A stretch of DNA of 64,000 nt from Candidatus Omnitrophota bacterium (lineage in GTDB: Bacteria > Omnitrophota > Gorgyraeia > Gygaellales > Profunditerraquicolaceae), in NCBI GenBank assembly GCA_025453445.1, contig JALOQJ010000006.1, positions 2,308-66,307 of the forward strand, in the 5' to 3' direction. A model generated the notes under the pieces. That model was not told the DNA's origin. It was given only the letters and a program-made list of their open reading frames with translations, and did not search any database. Position numbers and translations under genes: made by a program. Positions 9,218-17,364 of the stretch are shown one piece after another. The stretch's first letter is position 1; the number at the start of each line of letters is the position of its first letter.

Positions 9218-10657
9218 ATGAACTACGAAGCAGTTATTGGATTGGAAGTCCACTTACATTTAAAAACCAAAACCAAGGCTTTTTGTGGCTGTTCTACGGA
9301 ATTTGGCCAAGGCGCCAATTCACAGGTCTGTCCAGTATGCTTAGGTTTCCCAGGATCTCTACCGGTTTTAAATAAATTGGCCTTGGATTTTGCAATTAAA
9401 GCAGGGTTAGGTTTAAATTGTACGATTCAATCCCACACAAAATTCGACCGTAAAAATTATTTTTATCCGGACTTACCGAAAAATTACCAGATTTCCCAAT
9501 ATGACATGCCTTTAGCAATTAACGGATATTTGGATATTGATATTGAGGGTAAAACAAAACGCATTGGCATTACAAGGGCTCACCTTGAGGAAGATGCAGG
9601 AAAATTGATCCATAAGGATAGCGAAAGCTGGGTAGATTTTAACCGCACCGGAATACCTCTTTTAGAAATTGTTACTGAGCCGGATATCAGTTCTCCGCAG
9701 GAAGCTTATGAGTATTTGAGCTGTTTAAAAAACATACTTGAGTATCTTGAGATTTCTGATTGCGATATGGAAAAAGGTTCATTGCGTTGCGACGCGAATA
9801 TCTCCCTGCGGCCTAAAGGAGCAAAAGAGCTGGGAGTAAAAACCGAGTTAAAAAATATGAATTCGTTTAAAGGGGTAAAAGATGCTCTGGGGTTTGAAAT
9901 AGAACGCCAGGCTAGAGCGCTGGAAAATGGTGAAAAAATCATTCAGGAAACTCGGCTTTGGAATATCAAAAGCATGGAGACAGTTCCTATGCGCACCAAA
10001 GAAGAGGCGCAGGATTACCGTTATTTTCCTGAACCGGATTTGCCATTATTTTTAATCAGCGCGGAAAAGATAAATGAAATTAATACAAGTATCCCTGAGT
10101 TACCGCGTCAGAAATTAGAGCGTTTTGTGCATGATTACGGTTTATCAGAATACGATGCTAAAATTATTGTTTCTTCCAAAGCATTTGCTTTAACCGCAGA
10201 AAAACTGATAAAGAAATGGCCGAATAAAATAAAAAAACCGTTGGTTAATTGGTTATGTGGTCCGCTTCTTTCTGAAGCAAACTCCAGGAATTTAAGCCCT
10301 GAAGAAATAATAATTCCCGGTGGGGATGATGAGTTAATTGATTTAATCATAGCACAGGAAGAAGGCAAAATTTCTCACCTTATCGCTAAAACTGTATTTA
10401 CTGAATCAATCGCCACAACAACATTGGCTTCAGAAATTATTAAAAAAAAGAATTTGTTTCAAATTTCTGATACCGACAGCTTAAATGCTATGATAGAAGA
10501 AGTTCTTAAAGATAACATTAAGTCGGTTGCGGATTATAGGGCAGGTAAAACTAATGCCGTAATGGCGCTGGTGGGGCAAATGATGAAAAAAACAGGCGGC
10601 AAGGCAAACCCTAAATTAGTGCAGGAGCTTTTAAAACGGAGGCTGGAAAATGCGTGA
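9218..10657 (+). CDS. gatB: Asp/Glu-tRNA amidotransferase subunit B
   Basis: IGLEVH, FDRKNYFYPDLPK, LEEDAGK, DYRYFPEPDL. Confidence 0.97.
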   Translation: MNYEAVIGLEVHLHLKTKTKAFCGCSTEFGQGANSQVCPVCLGFPGSLPVLNKLALDFAIKAGLGLNCTIQSHTKFDRKNYFYPDLPKNYQISQYDMPLAINGYLDIDIEGKTKRIGITRAHLEEDAGKLIHKDSESWVDFNRTGIPLLEIVTEPDISSPQEAYEYLSCLKNILEYLEISDCDMEKGSLRCDANISLRPKGAKELGVKTELKNMNSFKGVKDALGFEIERQARALENGEKIIQETRLWNIKSMETVPMRTKEEAQDYRYFPEPDLPLFLISAEKINEINTSIPELPRQKLERFVHDYGLSEYDAKIIVSSKAFALTAEKLIKKWPNKIKKPLVNWLCGPLLSEANSRNLSPEEIIIPGGDDELIDLIIAQEEGKISHLIAKTVFTESIATTTLASEIIKKKNLFQISDTDSLNAMIEEVLKDNIKSVADYRAGKTNAVMALVGQMMKKTGGKANPKLVQELLKRRLENA

Positions 10658-11939
10658 AAAATTATTTACCGGCATCATTCTAATTTTAGCTTGTTTTATA
10701 GCCACTTCTTTGGCGCTCTCGGCAATGGAAAAAAAGAAAACAGACGACCTATATAAACAGGTGGAGTTATTTTCCGATTGCCTGGCAATCGTACAAACCG
10801 ATTATGTAAGCGAAGTTGCGCCTCATGACATGATTTACGGCGCGCTAAAGGGAATGATTTCATCGCTTGATCCACACAGCCAGTTTATGGATCCGGAAAC
10901 CTATCAGGAATTAAAAGTCGATACCGAAGGTAAATTCGGCGGCTTAGGCATTGAAATCACAATTAAAGACGGATTATTAACCGTAATTACTCCCATAGAA
11001 GATACTCCAGCCTGGAAAGTAGGTTTAAAACCACAGGACCGGATTGTTAAAATAAATAATGAATTAACCCGTGATATGACCTTAACCGATGCGGTGAAAA
11101 AACTCCGAGGTAGGCCGGGCGAGGCAGTAAATATTGCCGTACTCCGGGAATCAGAAAAGAAAATACTCGATTTTAAGATTGTGCGCGACCTGATAAAGAT
11201 AAAAGATATTAAAGATGTCAGGATTATAGATGACGGTATTGCTTATATACGATTAGTTGAATTCCGGGAAAATACTGCACAAGATTTAGCAACAGCTTTG
11301 GAAAAATTAAAGAAAGATGGTATGACCGGGCTGATTATTGATTTGCGAAATAATCCGGGCGGCTTGCTTGATGCAGCAGTTGAGTCGTGCGAAAAATTCG
11401 TCGAGAAAGGTAAAGTTATCCTTACTACACGCAGCCGGATTCCCAGCCAGAATTTAGAATTTATTTGCCGGGAGAAAAACCCGCTATTAGATATACCGAT
11501 GATCGTAATGATTAATGACGGTTCAGCATCAGGCAGTGAAATACTCGCGGGTTGCCTGCAGGATTATAAGCGGGCGATTATTTTAGGGATCAAATCCTTT
11601 GGTAAAGGTTCGGTTCAGACCGTTATACCTTTAAGCGATGGCTCAGCCTTGCGCCTGACAACTAGTAAATATTATACCCCTTTGGGTAGGGAAATTCACG
11701 GCAAAGGCGTGATTCCTGACATTGTTGTTGAAGAAGGTAAAATTGAACTGGCCCCTAAAGATGATTTACAGGTAGATAAGCCGCAGAATATTTTTGATGA
11801 ACTGGAAAATAAAGACAAACGCTCGAAAGACGGCTCGGATAAGAAGGACGCCTTGACGAAAATGAAATCTGATAACCAATTAATGCGCGCGGTGGATGTT
11901 TTAAAGGCAATTAGAATCTATAAAGGGGCAAAGAAATAA
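10650..11939 (+). CDS. ctpA: S41 carboxy-terminal processing protease
   Basis: LDPHS, PDZ (FGGLGI), DLRNNPGGLL, SASGSEI, GKGSVQ. Confidence 0.92.
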   Translation: MREKLFTGIILILACFIATSLALSAMEKKKTDDLYKQVELFSDCLAIVQTDYVSEVAPHDMIYGALKGMISSLDPHSQFMDPETYQELKVDTEGKFGGLGIEITIKDGLLTVITPIEDTPAWKVGLKPQDRIVKINNELTRDMTLTDAVKKLRGRPGEAVNIAVLRESEKKILDFKIVRDLIKIKDIKDVRIIDDGIAYIRLVEFRENTAQDLATALEKLKKDGMTGLIIDLRNNPGGLLDAAVESCEKFVEKGKVILTTRSRIPSQNLEFICREKNPLLDIPMIVMINDGSASGSEILAGCLQDYKRAIILGIKSFGKGSVQTVIPLSDGSALRLTTSKYYTPLGREIHGKGVIPDIVVEEGKIELAPKDDLQVDKPQNIFDELENKDKRSKDGSDKKDALTKMKSDNQLMRAVDVLKAIRIYKGAKK

Positions 11940-12722
11940 ATGAAACGTAATAAACTAAAGACGATTATTATTGTACTTGCCGGGCTGATGATTGCTGAAG
12001 GAATAGTAATTATTTGTTTATTGCTTGCGCGGCCGAAAAAACCGGTTATCACAGTAAGGCCGATACAGGGAAGAATCGCGATTGTAATTGATGATTGGGG
12101 TTATCATCAGGATACATTAGGGATTGCCAGCCAAATACATTATCCCTTAACAGCTGCGGTCTTACCGGGTGGAACGCATTCTAGAGATGTAGCAAAAAAA
12201 CTGCATGATATGGGGCTGGAGATAATATTGCATTTACCGATGGAGCCCTTTGAGGAGTATGGCTTGGAAAAAAATACGATTCTTGCCTCTATGAATGAAG
12301 GAAAAATCGTTAAAATCATCTCCGATGATCTTGCTAAAGTAAAATTATGTAAAGGCGTTTCAAACCATATGGGCTCAAAGCTGACTAGCGATCCTAAAGC
12401 AATGGCCGTAGTTTTTAAGGAATTAAAAAAGAGAAAGCTTTATTTTTTAGACAGCTTAGTTACTGCTAATTCCGTTTGTGCGGATTTGGCAAAAAAAATG
12501 CAGCTTAAGTTTGCCAGAAGGGATATTTTTCTCGATAATACGGAAGAGCCTGAATATATCCGGCTGCAAATCGCGAAATTAAAGAAGAAGGCAATAGTTT
12601 ATGGCAGGGCAATCGGTATCTGTCATGACCGAAGAATTACTCTACAAGTCCTAAAAGAGGTTATGCCGGAAATAGCAAGAGAAGGGTTTAAATTTGTTTT
12701 TGTTTCTGAGTTGGTGAGATAA
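11940..12722 (+). CDS. Divergent polysaccharide deacetylase (YibQ family)
   Basis: IAIVIDDWG, LHLPMEP, NHMGS, FLDS, RDIFLDN; follows ctpA. Confidence 0.9.
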   Translation: MKRNKLKTIIIVLAGLMIAEGIVIICLLLARPKKPVITVRPIQGRIAIVIDDWGYHQDTLGIASQIHYPLTAAVLPGGTHSRDVAKKLHDMGLEIILHLPMEPFEEYGLEKNTILASMNEGKIVKIISDDLAKVKLCKGVSNHMGSKLTSDPKAMAVVFKELKKRKLYFLDSLVTANSVCADLAKKMQLKFARRDIFLDNTEEPEYIRLQIAKLKKKAIVYGRAIGICHDRRITLQVLKEVMPEIAREGFKFVFVSELVR

Positions 12723-13687
12723 TGTATACACTGGGCATAGAAACATCCTGTGATGAGACATCTGTTGCCGTAGTAAAATCCGGTAGGACAATTCTTTCCT
12801 GCGAAACATCATCAAGCATGAGCCTGCACAAAAAATACGGCGGAATTGTCCCTGAGATTGCTTTTCGGATGCAGCTGGAAACAATCTCTCTGGTTGCGGA
12901 TTCAGCCATAAAAAAAGCAGGGATTAAATTAAAGGATATAAAACTGGCTGCGGTAACCGATAAACCCGGGCTTTTAGGTTCCCTGCTAGTCGGGATTTCG
13001 TTTGCCAAAGCAGTGGCTTTAAGTTTAGAAGTGCCTTTATACGAGATAAACCATCTATATAGCCATATCTATGCTAATTTTTTAGATACGAAAGAACCGC
13101 CTGCTTTTCCTTTTGTTGCTTTGATTGTCTCCGGAGGCCATACCAGTTTATTCTATATAAGGGATTTTAATAAAATCGAATTGCTTGGTTCAACTCAGGA
13201 TGATGCATGCGGTGAAGCATTTGATAAGGTGGCAAAAATTCTCGGGTTGAAATATCCCGGTGGGCCTTATATCGAGAAGTTAGCCGAAAAAGGGGATTCT
13301 CGAAGAATAAAGTTCGGTTGTTCTGATACGGATAATCCTCTGGATTTTAGTTTTAGCGGTATAAAGACAGCAGTATTATATTATGTTAACCGGAAAATCG
13401 GTAAGCTGGATAATCAGACAGCCGAAGATATTGCTGCTTCATTTCAAAAAACAGTAATTGAAGTATTGGTAAAAAAATCTTTGCTTGCCTGTCGCAAGTA
13501 TGGCACAAATCGACTTGTGGTTGGCGGCGGGGTTGCCGCAAATAATAAATTAAGAGAAACGTTGAAAAAAGAAGCAAGTGCCAATAAAATTAAAGTATAT
13601 TTCCCCACAAAAGCGCTTTGTATGGATAATGCAGCAATGGTAGCTGGCCTTGCTTGGCGCTTACTTAAGAGAGGAGGCGTAAGTTAA
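12722..13687 (+). CDS. tsaD: tRNA threonylcarbamoyltransferase
   Basis: LGIETSCDET, VSGGHT, GEAFDKVA, FSFSG, DNAAM. Confidence 0.96.
   Translation: MYTLGIETSCDETSVAVVKSGRTILSCETSSSMSLHKKYGGIVPEIAFRMQLETISLVADSAIKKAGIKLKDIKLAAVTDKPGLLGSLLVGISFAKAVALSLEVPLYEINHLYSHIYANFLDTKEPPAFPFVALIVSGGHTSLFYIRDFNKIELLGSTQDDACGEAFDKVAKILGLKYPGGPYIEKLAEKGDSRRIKFGCSDTDNPLDFSFSGIKTAVLYYVNRKIGKLDNQTAEDIAASFQKTVIEVLVKKSLLACRKYGTNRLVVGGGVAANNKLRETLKKEASANKIKVYFPTKALCMDNAAMVAGLAWRLLKRGGVS
13388..13427 (+). repeat. In-frame degenerate octamer run in tsaD
   Basis: aaccggaa aatcggta agctggat aatcagac agccgaag. Confidence 0.5.
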
Positions 13688-13688
13688 C

Positions 13689-14135
13689 ATGCTTAATGAT
13701 ATGCAAATTGTGCTGAGGTTAGTAGCGTCAGTTTTTTTAAGCGGGCTAATTGGATTGGAACGGCAGGTACAACGCCGGAACGCAGGCTTACGAACACATA
13801 TTTTAGTCTGCCTTGGATCGTGTCTTATCATGTTGACATCGTTATATGTTTTTGATATATATAATGGGGTAGCTTCCATAGATCCGTCCCGCATTGCCGC
13901 AGGCGTAATTACAGGTATCGGTTTCTTAGGCGCTGGAGCGATTTTAAGGGATCAGACAGAAATTAAAGGCTTAACTACTGCTGCCAGCCTATGGATTACG
14001 GCAGGTATAGGCTTAGCTGTTGGCTGTGGGTTTTATACCGGAGCAATTACCGCAACAATATTAACTATTGCTGTACTTCTTGTTTTAAGATATGCGGAAA
14101 GAAAAGTTCTCGACAAAGTGGCTGAAAGAAAATAA
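13689..14135 (+). CDS. MgtC/SapB family membrane protein
   Basis: IGLERQ, AGLRTH, RIAAGVITGIGFLGAG, GLTTAASLW. Confidence 0.92.
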   Translation: MLNDMQIVLRLVASVFLSGLIGLERQVQRRNAGLRTHILVCLGSCLIMLTSLYVFDIYNGVASIDPSRIAAGVITGIGFLGAGAILRDQTEIKGLTTAASLWITAGIGLAVGCGFYTGAITATILTIAVLLVLRYAERKVLDKVAERK

Positions 14136-14148
14136 ATGGAGGTGAAAA

Positions 14149-14652
14149 ATGGCCTTTAAAAGAAAAATGGAAGAAAAAATTCTTGATGTTGATGCTGCAA
14201 TGCAGGGATCTTTAATTTTTAAAGAAGCAGTAAGCCTGAGGATTAACGGTAAATTTGAAGGCAGCCTGGAGACAAAAGGTAACCTTACTATCGGCCCCAC
14301 GGCTTTGGTTTTGGCTGATATCGTCGGGGATAATGTTATTATTGGCGGAAAGGTCAAAGGCAGGATTACCGCAAAAGACAGGCTGACGCTTTTGCCCAGC
14401 GCTATTGTTGAAGGGGATATTTATCCTGCAAAATTAAATATTGCTGAAGGCGCGATTCTCGAAGGCCGTTGCCTGATGCTGCATGATTTTTTAAACAGCG
14501 AAGAACTTGCTCGTTATCTGGAAGTAGATTTAAATTCTATCCTTGAATGGGCCAATTCAGGAAAAGTTCCTGCGGTAAAAGAAGGCGAACACTGGAAGTT
14601 TGAGAGAAAAGCAATTGATTCTTGGATTGCCTCAGGTAAAATTGGCAAATAA
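14149..14652 (+). CDS. Bactofilin fused to C-terminal MerR/Xis-like HTH
   Basis: Beta-helix repeats (LRINGKFEG, VIIGGKVKG, IAEGAILEG) then LNSEELARYL...GKVPAVK...WKF. Confidence 0.88.
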   Translation: MAFKRKMEEKILDVDAAMQGSLIFKEAVSLRINGKFEGSLETKGNLTIGPTALVLADIVGDNVIIGGKVKGRITAKDRLTLLPSAIVEGDIYPAKLNIAEGAILEGRCLMLHDFLNSEELARYLEVDLNSILEWANSGKVPAVKEGEHWKFERKAIDSWIASGKIGK

Positions 14653-14663
14653 CTTTTTAAAAA

Positions 14664-14978
14664 ATGGCAGATGAAAAACTTTTAACCATCAGGGATGTTT
14701 CTCATGCTTTAGGCATTTCAGAGAAAGAAGTAATTGATCTCTCTGAAAACGGCGCTATTCCTGCCTATAAAATCGGCGGGGTATATTTAAGATTCAAACG
14801 CCAACAGGTGGATGAATACAGAAAAAAACACCCTGCCCAACACAAAGAAAAACCCGGCGGAAAAAAGAAGTATTCTTACTCAGACAGGGTAAGCGACTTT
14901 TTCTACTTCAATGATTTTTATATACTGGCGCTTATTGTTATCATTCTTATGCTTTTTATTATATTTCGAGGATATTAG
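14664..14978 (+). CDS. MerR/Xis-like HTH protein with C-terminal transmembrane helix
   Basis: LLTIRDVSHALGI...GAIPAYKIGGVYLRF; C-terminal ILALIVIILMLFIIF. Confidence 0.85.
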   Translation: MADEKLLTIRDVSHALGISEKEVIDLSENGAIPAYKIGGVYLRFKRQQVDEYRKKHPAQHKEKPGGKKKYSYSDRVSDFFYFNDFYILALIVIILMLFIIFRGY

Positions 14979-14983
14979 GAGCA

Positions 14984-15658
14984 ATGCGAGCAAAACAAGG
15001 TTTCTGCGATTTGGGGTTTGCCAAAATAGATACGGACAGGCTTAACCGTAAAGGTTTCCCCGAAGTAATCTATTGTCCTGGAAAGGATAAAATCCATTTA
15101 AAAAAGATATCCGGCGCCTTAATAAAAAATTGCCAGGATCTGCTTTTGACGAAACTCGAAAAAAACAATTATTTATACCTTAAAAAATTTTTGCCTAAGT
15201 TAAAATATAATACTTTAGCAAAGCTAGGTTATTGCCTACAGTTACCAAATAAGAAAACTGTAGGTTTAGTAGCAGTAATTTCCGCAGGGACTTCGGACTT
15301 GCCGGTTGCTGAAGAAGCAGCGGCTACGCTGGAAGTAATGGGCAATAATGTGGCACGGATTTATGATGTAGGTGTTGCCGGAGTCCACCGTTTAATGCAA
15401 AATCTCACGGTGATAAAAAAAGCCAGCGTAATTATTGTTGTTGCCGGCATGGAAGGGGCTTTGGCAAGCCTGGTGAGCGGATTGGCAAAAAGCCCGTTAA
15501 TTGCCGTACCTACCAGCTGTGGTTATGGCGCTAGTTTTGGCGGATTAGCTGCATTATTAACAATGCTTAACAGCTGTTCACCGGGAGTTGTGGTTGTAAA
15601 TATTGATAATGGTTTTGGAGCAGGATATTTTGCCAGCTTGATTAATAAAAAGGAGTAA
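14984..15658 (+). CDS. larB: Nickel pincer cofactor biosynthesis protein LarB
   Basis: GFPEVIY, AGTSDLPVAEEA, DVGVAG, AGMEGAL, VVNIDNGFGA. Confidence 0.92.
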   Translation: MRAKQGFCDLGFAKIDTDRLNRKGFPEVIYCPGKDKIHLKKISGALIKNCQDLLLTKLEKNNYLYLKKFLPKLKYNTLAKLGYCLQLPNKKTVGLVAVISAGTSDLPVAEEAAATLEVMGNNVARIYDVGVAGVHRLMQNLTVIKKASVIIVVAGMEGALASLVSGLAKSPLIAVPTSCGYGASFGGLAALLTMLNSCSPGVVVVNIDNGFGAGYFASLINKKE

Positions 15659-15664
15659 CTAACT

Positions 15665-16990
15665 ATGGCGCTTTCAGGTTTAGACATCTATAAGTTATTA
15701 CCAAAAACTAACTGCCGCGAGTGCGGCTTTGTTACTTGCCTTGCTTTTGCAATGCAGCTGGCAAAGAAAGCAGTAAGTATTGATAAATGCCCTTATTTAA
15801 GCCCGGATGCAAAGAAAACGCTTGAGACTTCCGGACAGCCGCCAATTAAGTTGGTTACGATAGGATCTGGCGAGGAGAAATTAGCAGTAGGTAATGAAAC
15901 AGTCCTTTTTCGCCATGAAGAGAAATTCCATAATCCATGCGGCATAGGCTCTATTCTTAATGATAATTTAAGTGAAAACGAAATAAAAAAACAACTGGAT
16001 ATAATCAATAAACTGAAATTTGAGCGCATCGGACAAGCCTTAGAGGTAAATCTTGTAGCAATTAAACAAAATTCTACCGCGGAAAATTTTCTTAAAGCAG
16101 TTGCGTGTGTTATGAATAATACGCGCTTAGGTTTGGTATTAATGACTGCTGAACCAAAGGCATTAAAAGAAGCCTTAAAAATTACTAAAGACAGACGGCC
16201 TCTTATTTATAGCCTAAGTGGTGATTACACAGAAGTTGCTCAATTAGCAAAAGAATTTAATGCGCCGCTTGTGGCAATAGCGCAAAATTTGGAAGCACTT
16301 TCTAGTTTAACGCAGGATTTAAACAAGCAGGGTGTTTCGGAAATAGTTTTAGATACAGGCATTAAGCCTATAAAAGACAAGATTTGGGATCTGACGCAGA
16401 TACGCAGGCTGGCGCTGAAGAAATCAAACCGCAGCTTAGGATATCCTATGCTAGTAGTGGTCGATAAAAATGATCCTGTTGAGGAGGCAATGGAGGCAGC
16501 CAGCTATGTTGCTAAATATGCCGGAATTATTTTGTTAAAAAATGTAAACACCGCAGAGGCCTTGTCATTATTAACCCTAAGGCAGAATATCTATACTGAT
16601 CCGCAGAAACCGCTGCAGATAGAGCCCAAGCTTTACCCAATAGGTAATGCTGATAAAAATTCGCCTCTTTTAGTTACTACAAATTTTTCGCTTACATATT
16701 ACACGGTATTGGGAGAAGTTGAAGCAAGTAAAATACCTTCTTATATTTTAAGCGTAGATACTGAGGGAATGTCAGTCTTAACTGCTTGGGCAGCGGAAAA
16801 GTTCACTCCGGAAAAAATCAATGATTCAATTAATAAATCCGGAGCAAAAGAGGCAGTGGCGCATAAAAAAATTATTATTCCGGGCTATGTGGCTGTAATG
16901 AGTGGTGATTTAGAAGAAGCTTCGGGGCTGCAGGTAATTGTCGGCCCTAAAGAAGCAGCAGGATTACCAGCGTTCTTGAAAAATTTGTAA
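15665..16990 (+). CDS. acsC: Corrinoid Fe-S protein large subunit
   Basis: LPKTNCRECGFVTCLAFAM, RQNIYTDPQKP, VTTNFSLTY, SVLTAWAA. Confidence 0.95.
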   Translation: MALSGLDIYKLLPKTNCRECGFVTCLAFAMQLAKKAVSIDKCPYLSPDAKKTLETSGQPPIKLVTIGSGEEKLAVGNETVLFRHEEKFHNPCGIGSILNDNLSENEIKKQLDIINKLKFERIGQALEVNLVAIKQNSTAENFLKAVACVMNNTRLGLVLMTAEPKALKEALKITKDRRPLIYSLSGDYTEVAQLAKEFNAPLVAIAQNLEALSSLTQDLNKQGVSEIVLDTGIKPIKDKIWDLTQIRRLALKKSNRSLGYPMLVVVDKNDPVEEAMEAASYVAKYAGIILLKNVNTAEALSLLTLRQNIYTDPQKPLQIEPKLYPIGNADKNSPLLVTTNFSLTYYTVLGEVEASKIPSYILSVDTEGMSVLTAWAAEKFTPEKINDSINKSGAKEAVAHKKIIIPGYVAVMSGDLEEASGLQVIVGPKEAAGLPAFLKNL

Positions 16991-17003
16991 AATAGATAGT
17001 TTC

Positions 17004-17198
17004 GCGTGTGTCTTGTTTGTATTTTTGCGGGAACGTTTGCCCCGCCCCAGCGTGGCGGGGCTGCACTTCGTTCCAGCCCCTCGCTCTCCCGCAGCCGGGC
17101 CGTGGATAAAAGCGTTTTTCAATTAAGGAGCCGGCTGCGGGAACCGTGCCCGCTCGGGGGCTTCCAAGATCCCGCAAAAACACAGCCAAGCCCCACGC
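17004..17198. repeat. GC-rich nested inverted-repeat element A
   Basis: tttttgcggga 17022-17032 pairs with 17170-17180; tcccgcagccgg 17087-17098 pairs with 17131-17142; ggggctg/cagcccc. Confidence 0.75.
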
Positions 17199-17231
17199 TT
17201 TGAAAGTTAAAGATACTTTTAAGTAGTTATA

Positions 17232-17322
17232 TTTTAGCGGGTGGCTGACGAGACGAAGACCTTGCCGCCCGCAGCGAATAGCGAGGACGGCGAGGTGGAT
17301 CGGCAGACAGGACCCGCTAAAA
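17232..17322. repeat. GC-rich inverted-repeat element B
   Basis: ttttagcgggt pairs with acccgctaaaa; inner ccttgccg/cggcgagg. Confidence 0.7.
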
Positions 17323-17364
17323 ATTCAATAATATAAAGTTACATTTTATCCGGATAATAAGACT

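Noticed and set aside
14149-14978. Prophage or ICE remnant suggested by Xis-like HTHs
   Set aside because: No integrase or att sites; genes are embedded in a housekeeping operon.
17101-17109. Near-consensus DnaA box CGTGGATAA, possible oriC
   Set aside because: Single mismatched site with no box cluster.
17006-17203. 65-80 aa ORFs over element A
   Set aside because: Open frames explained by the GC-rich palindrome; no SD and atypical composition.
17004-17322. Cobalamin riboswitch or group I/II intron
   Set aside because: No B12 box, group I core or group II terminal motifs recognisable by eye.
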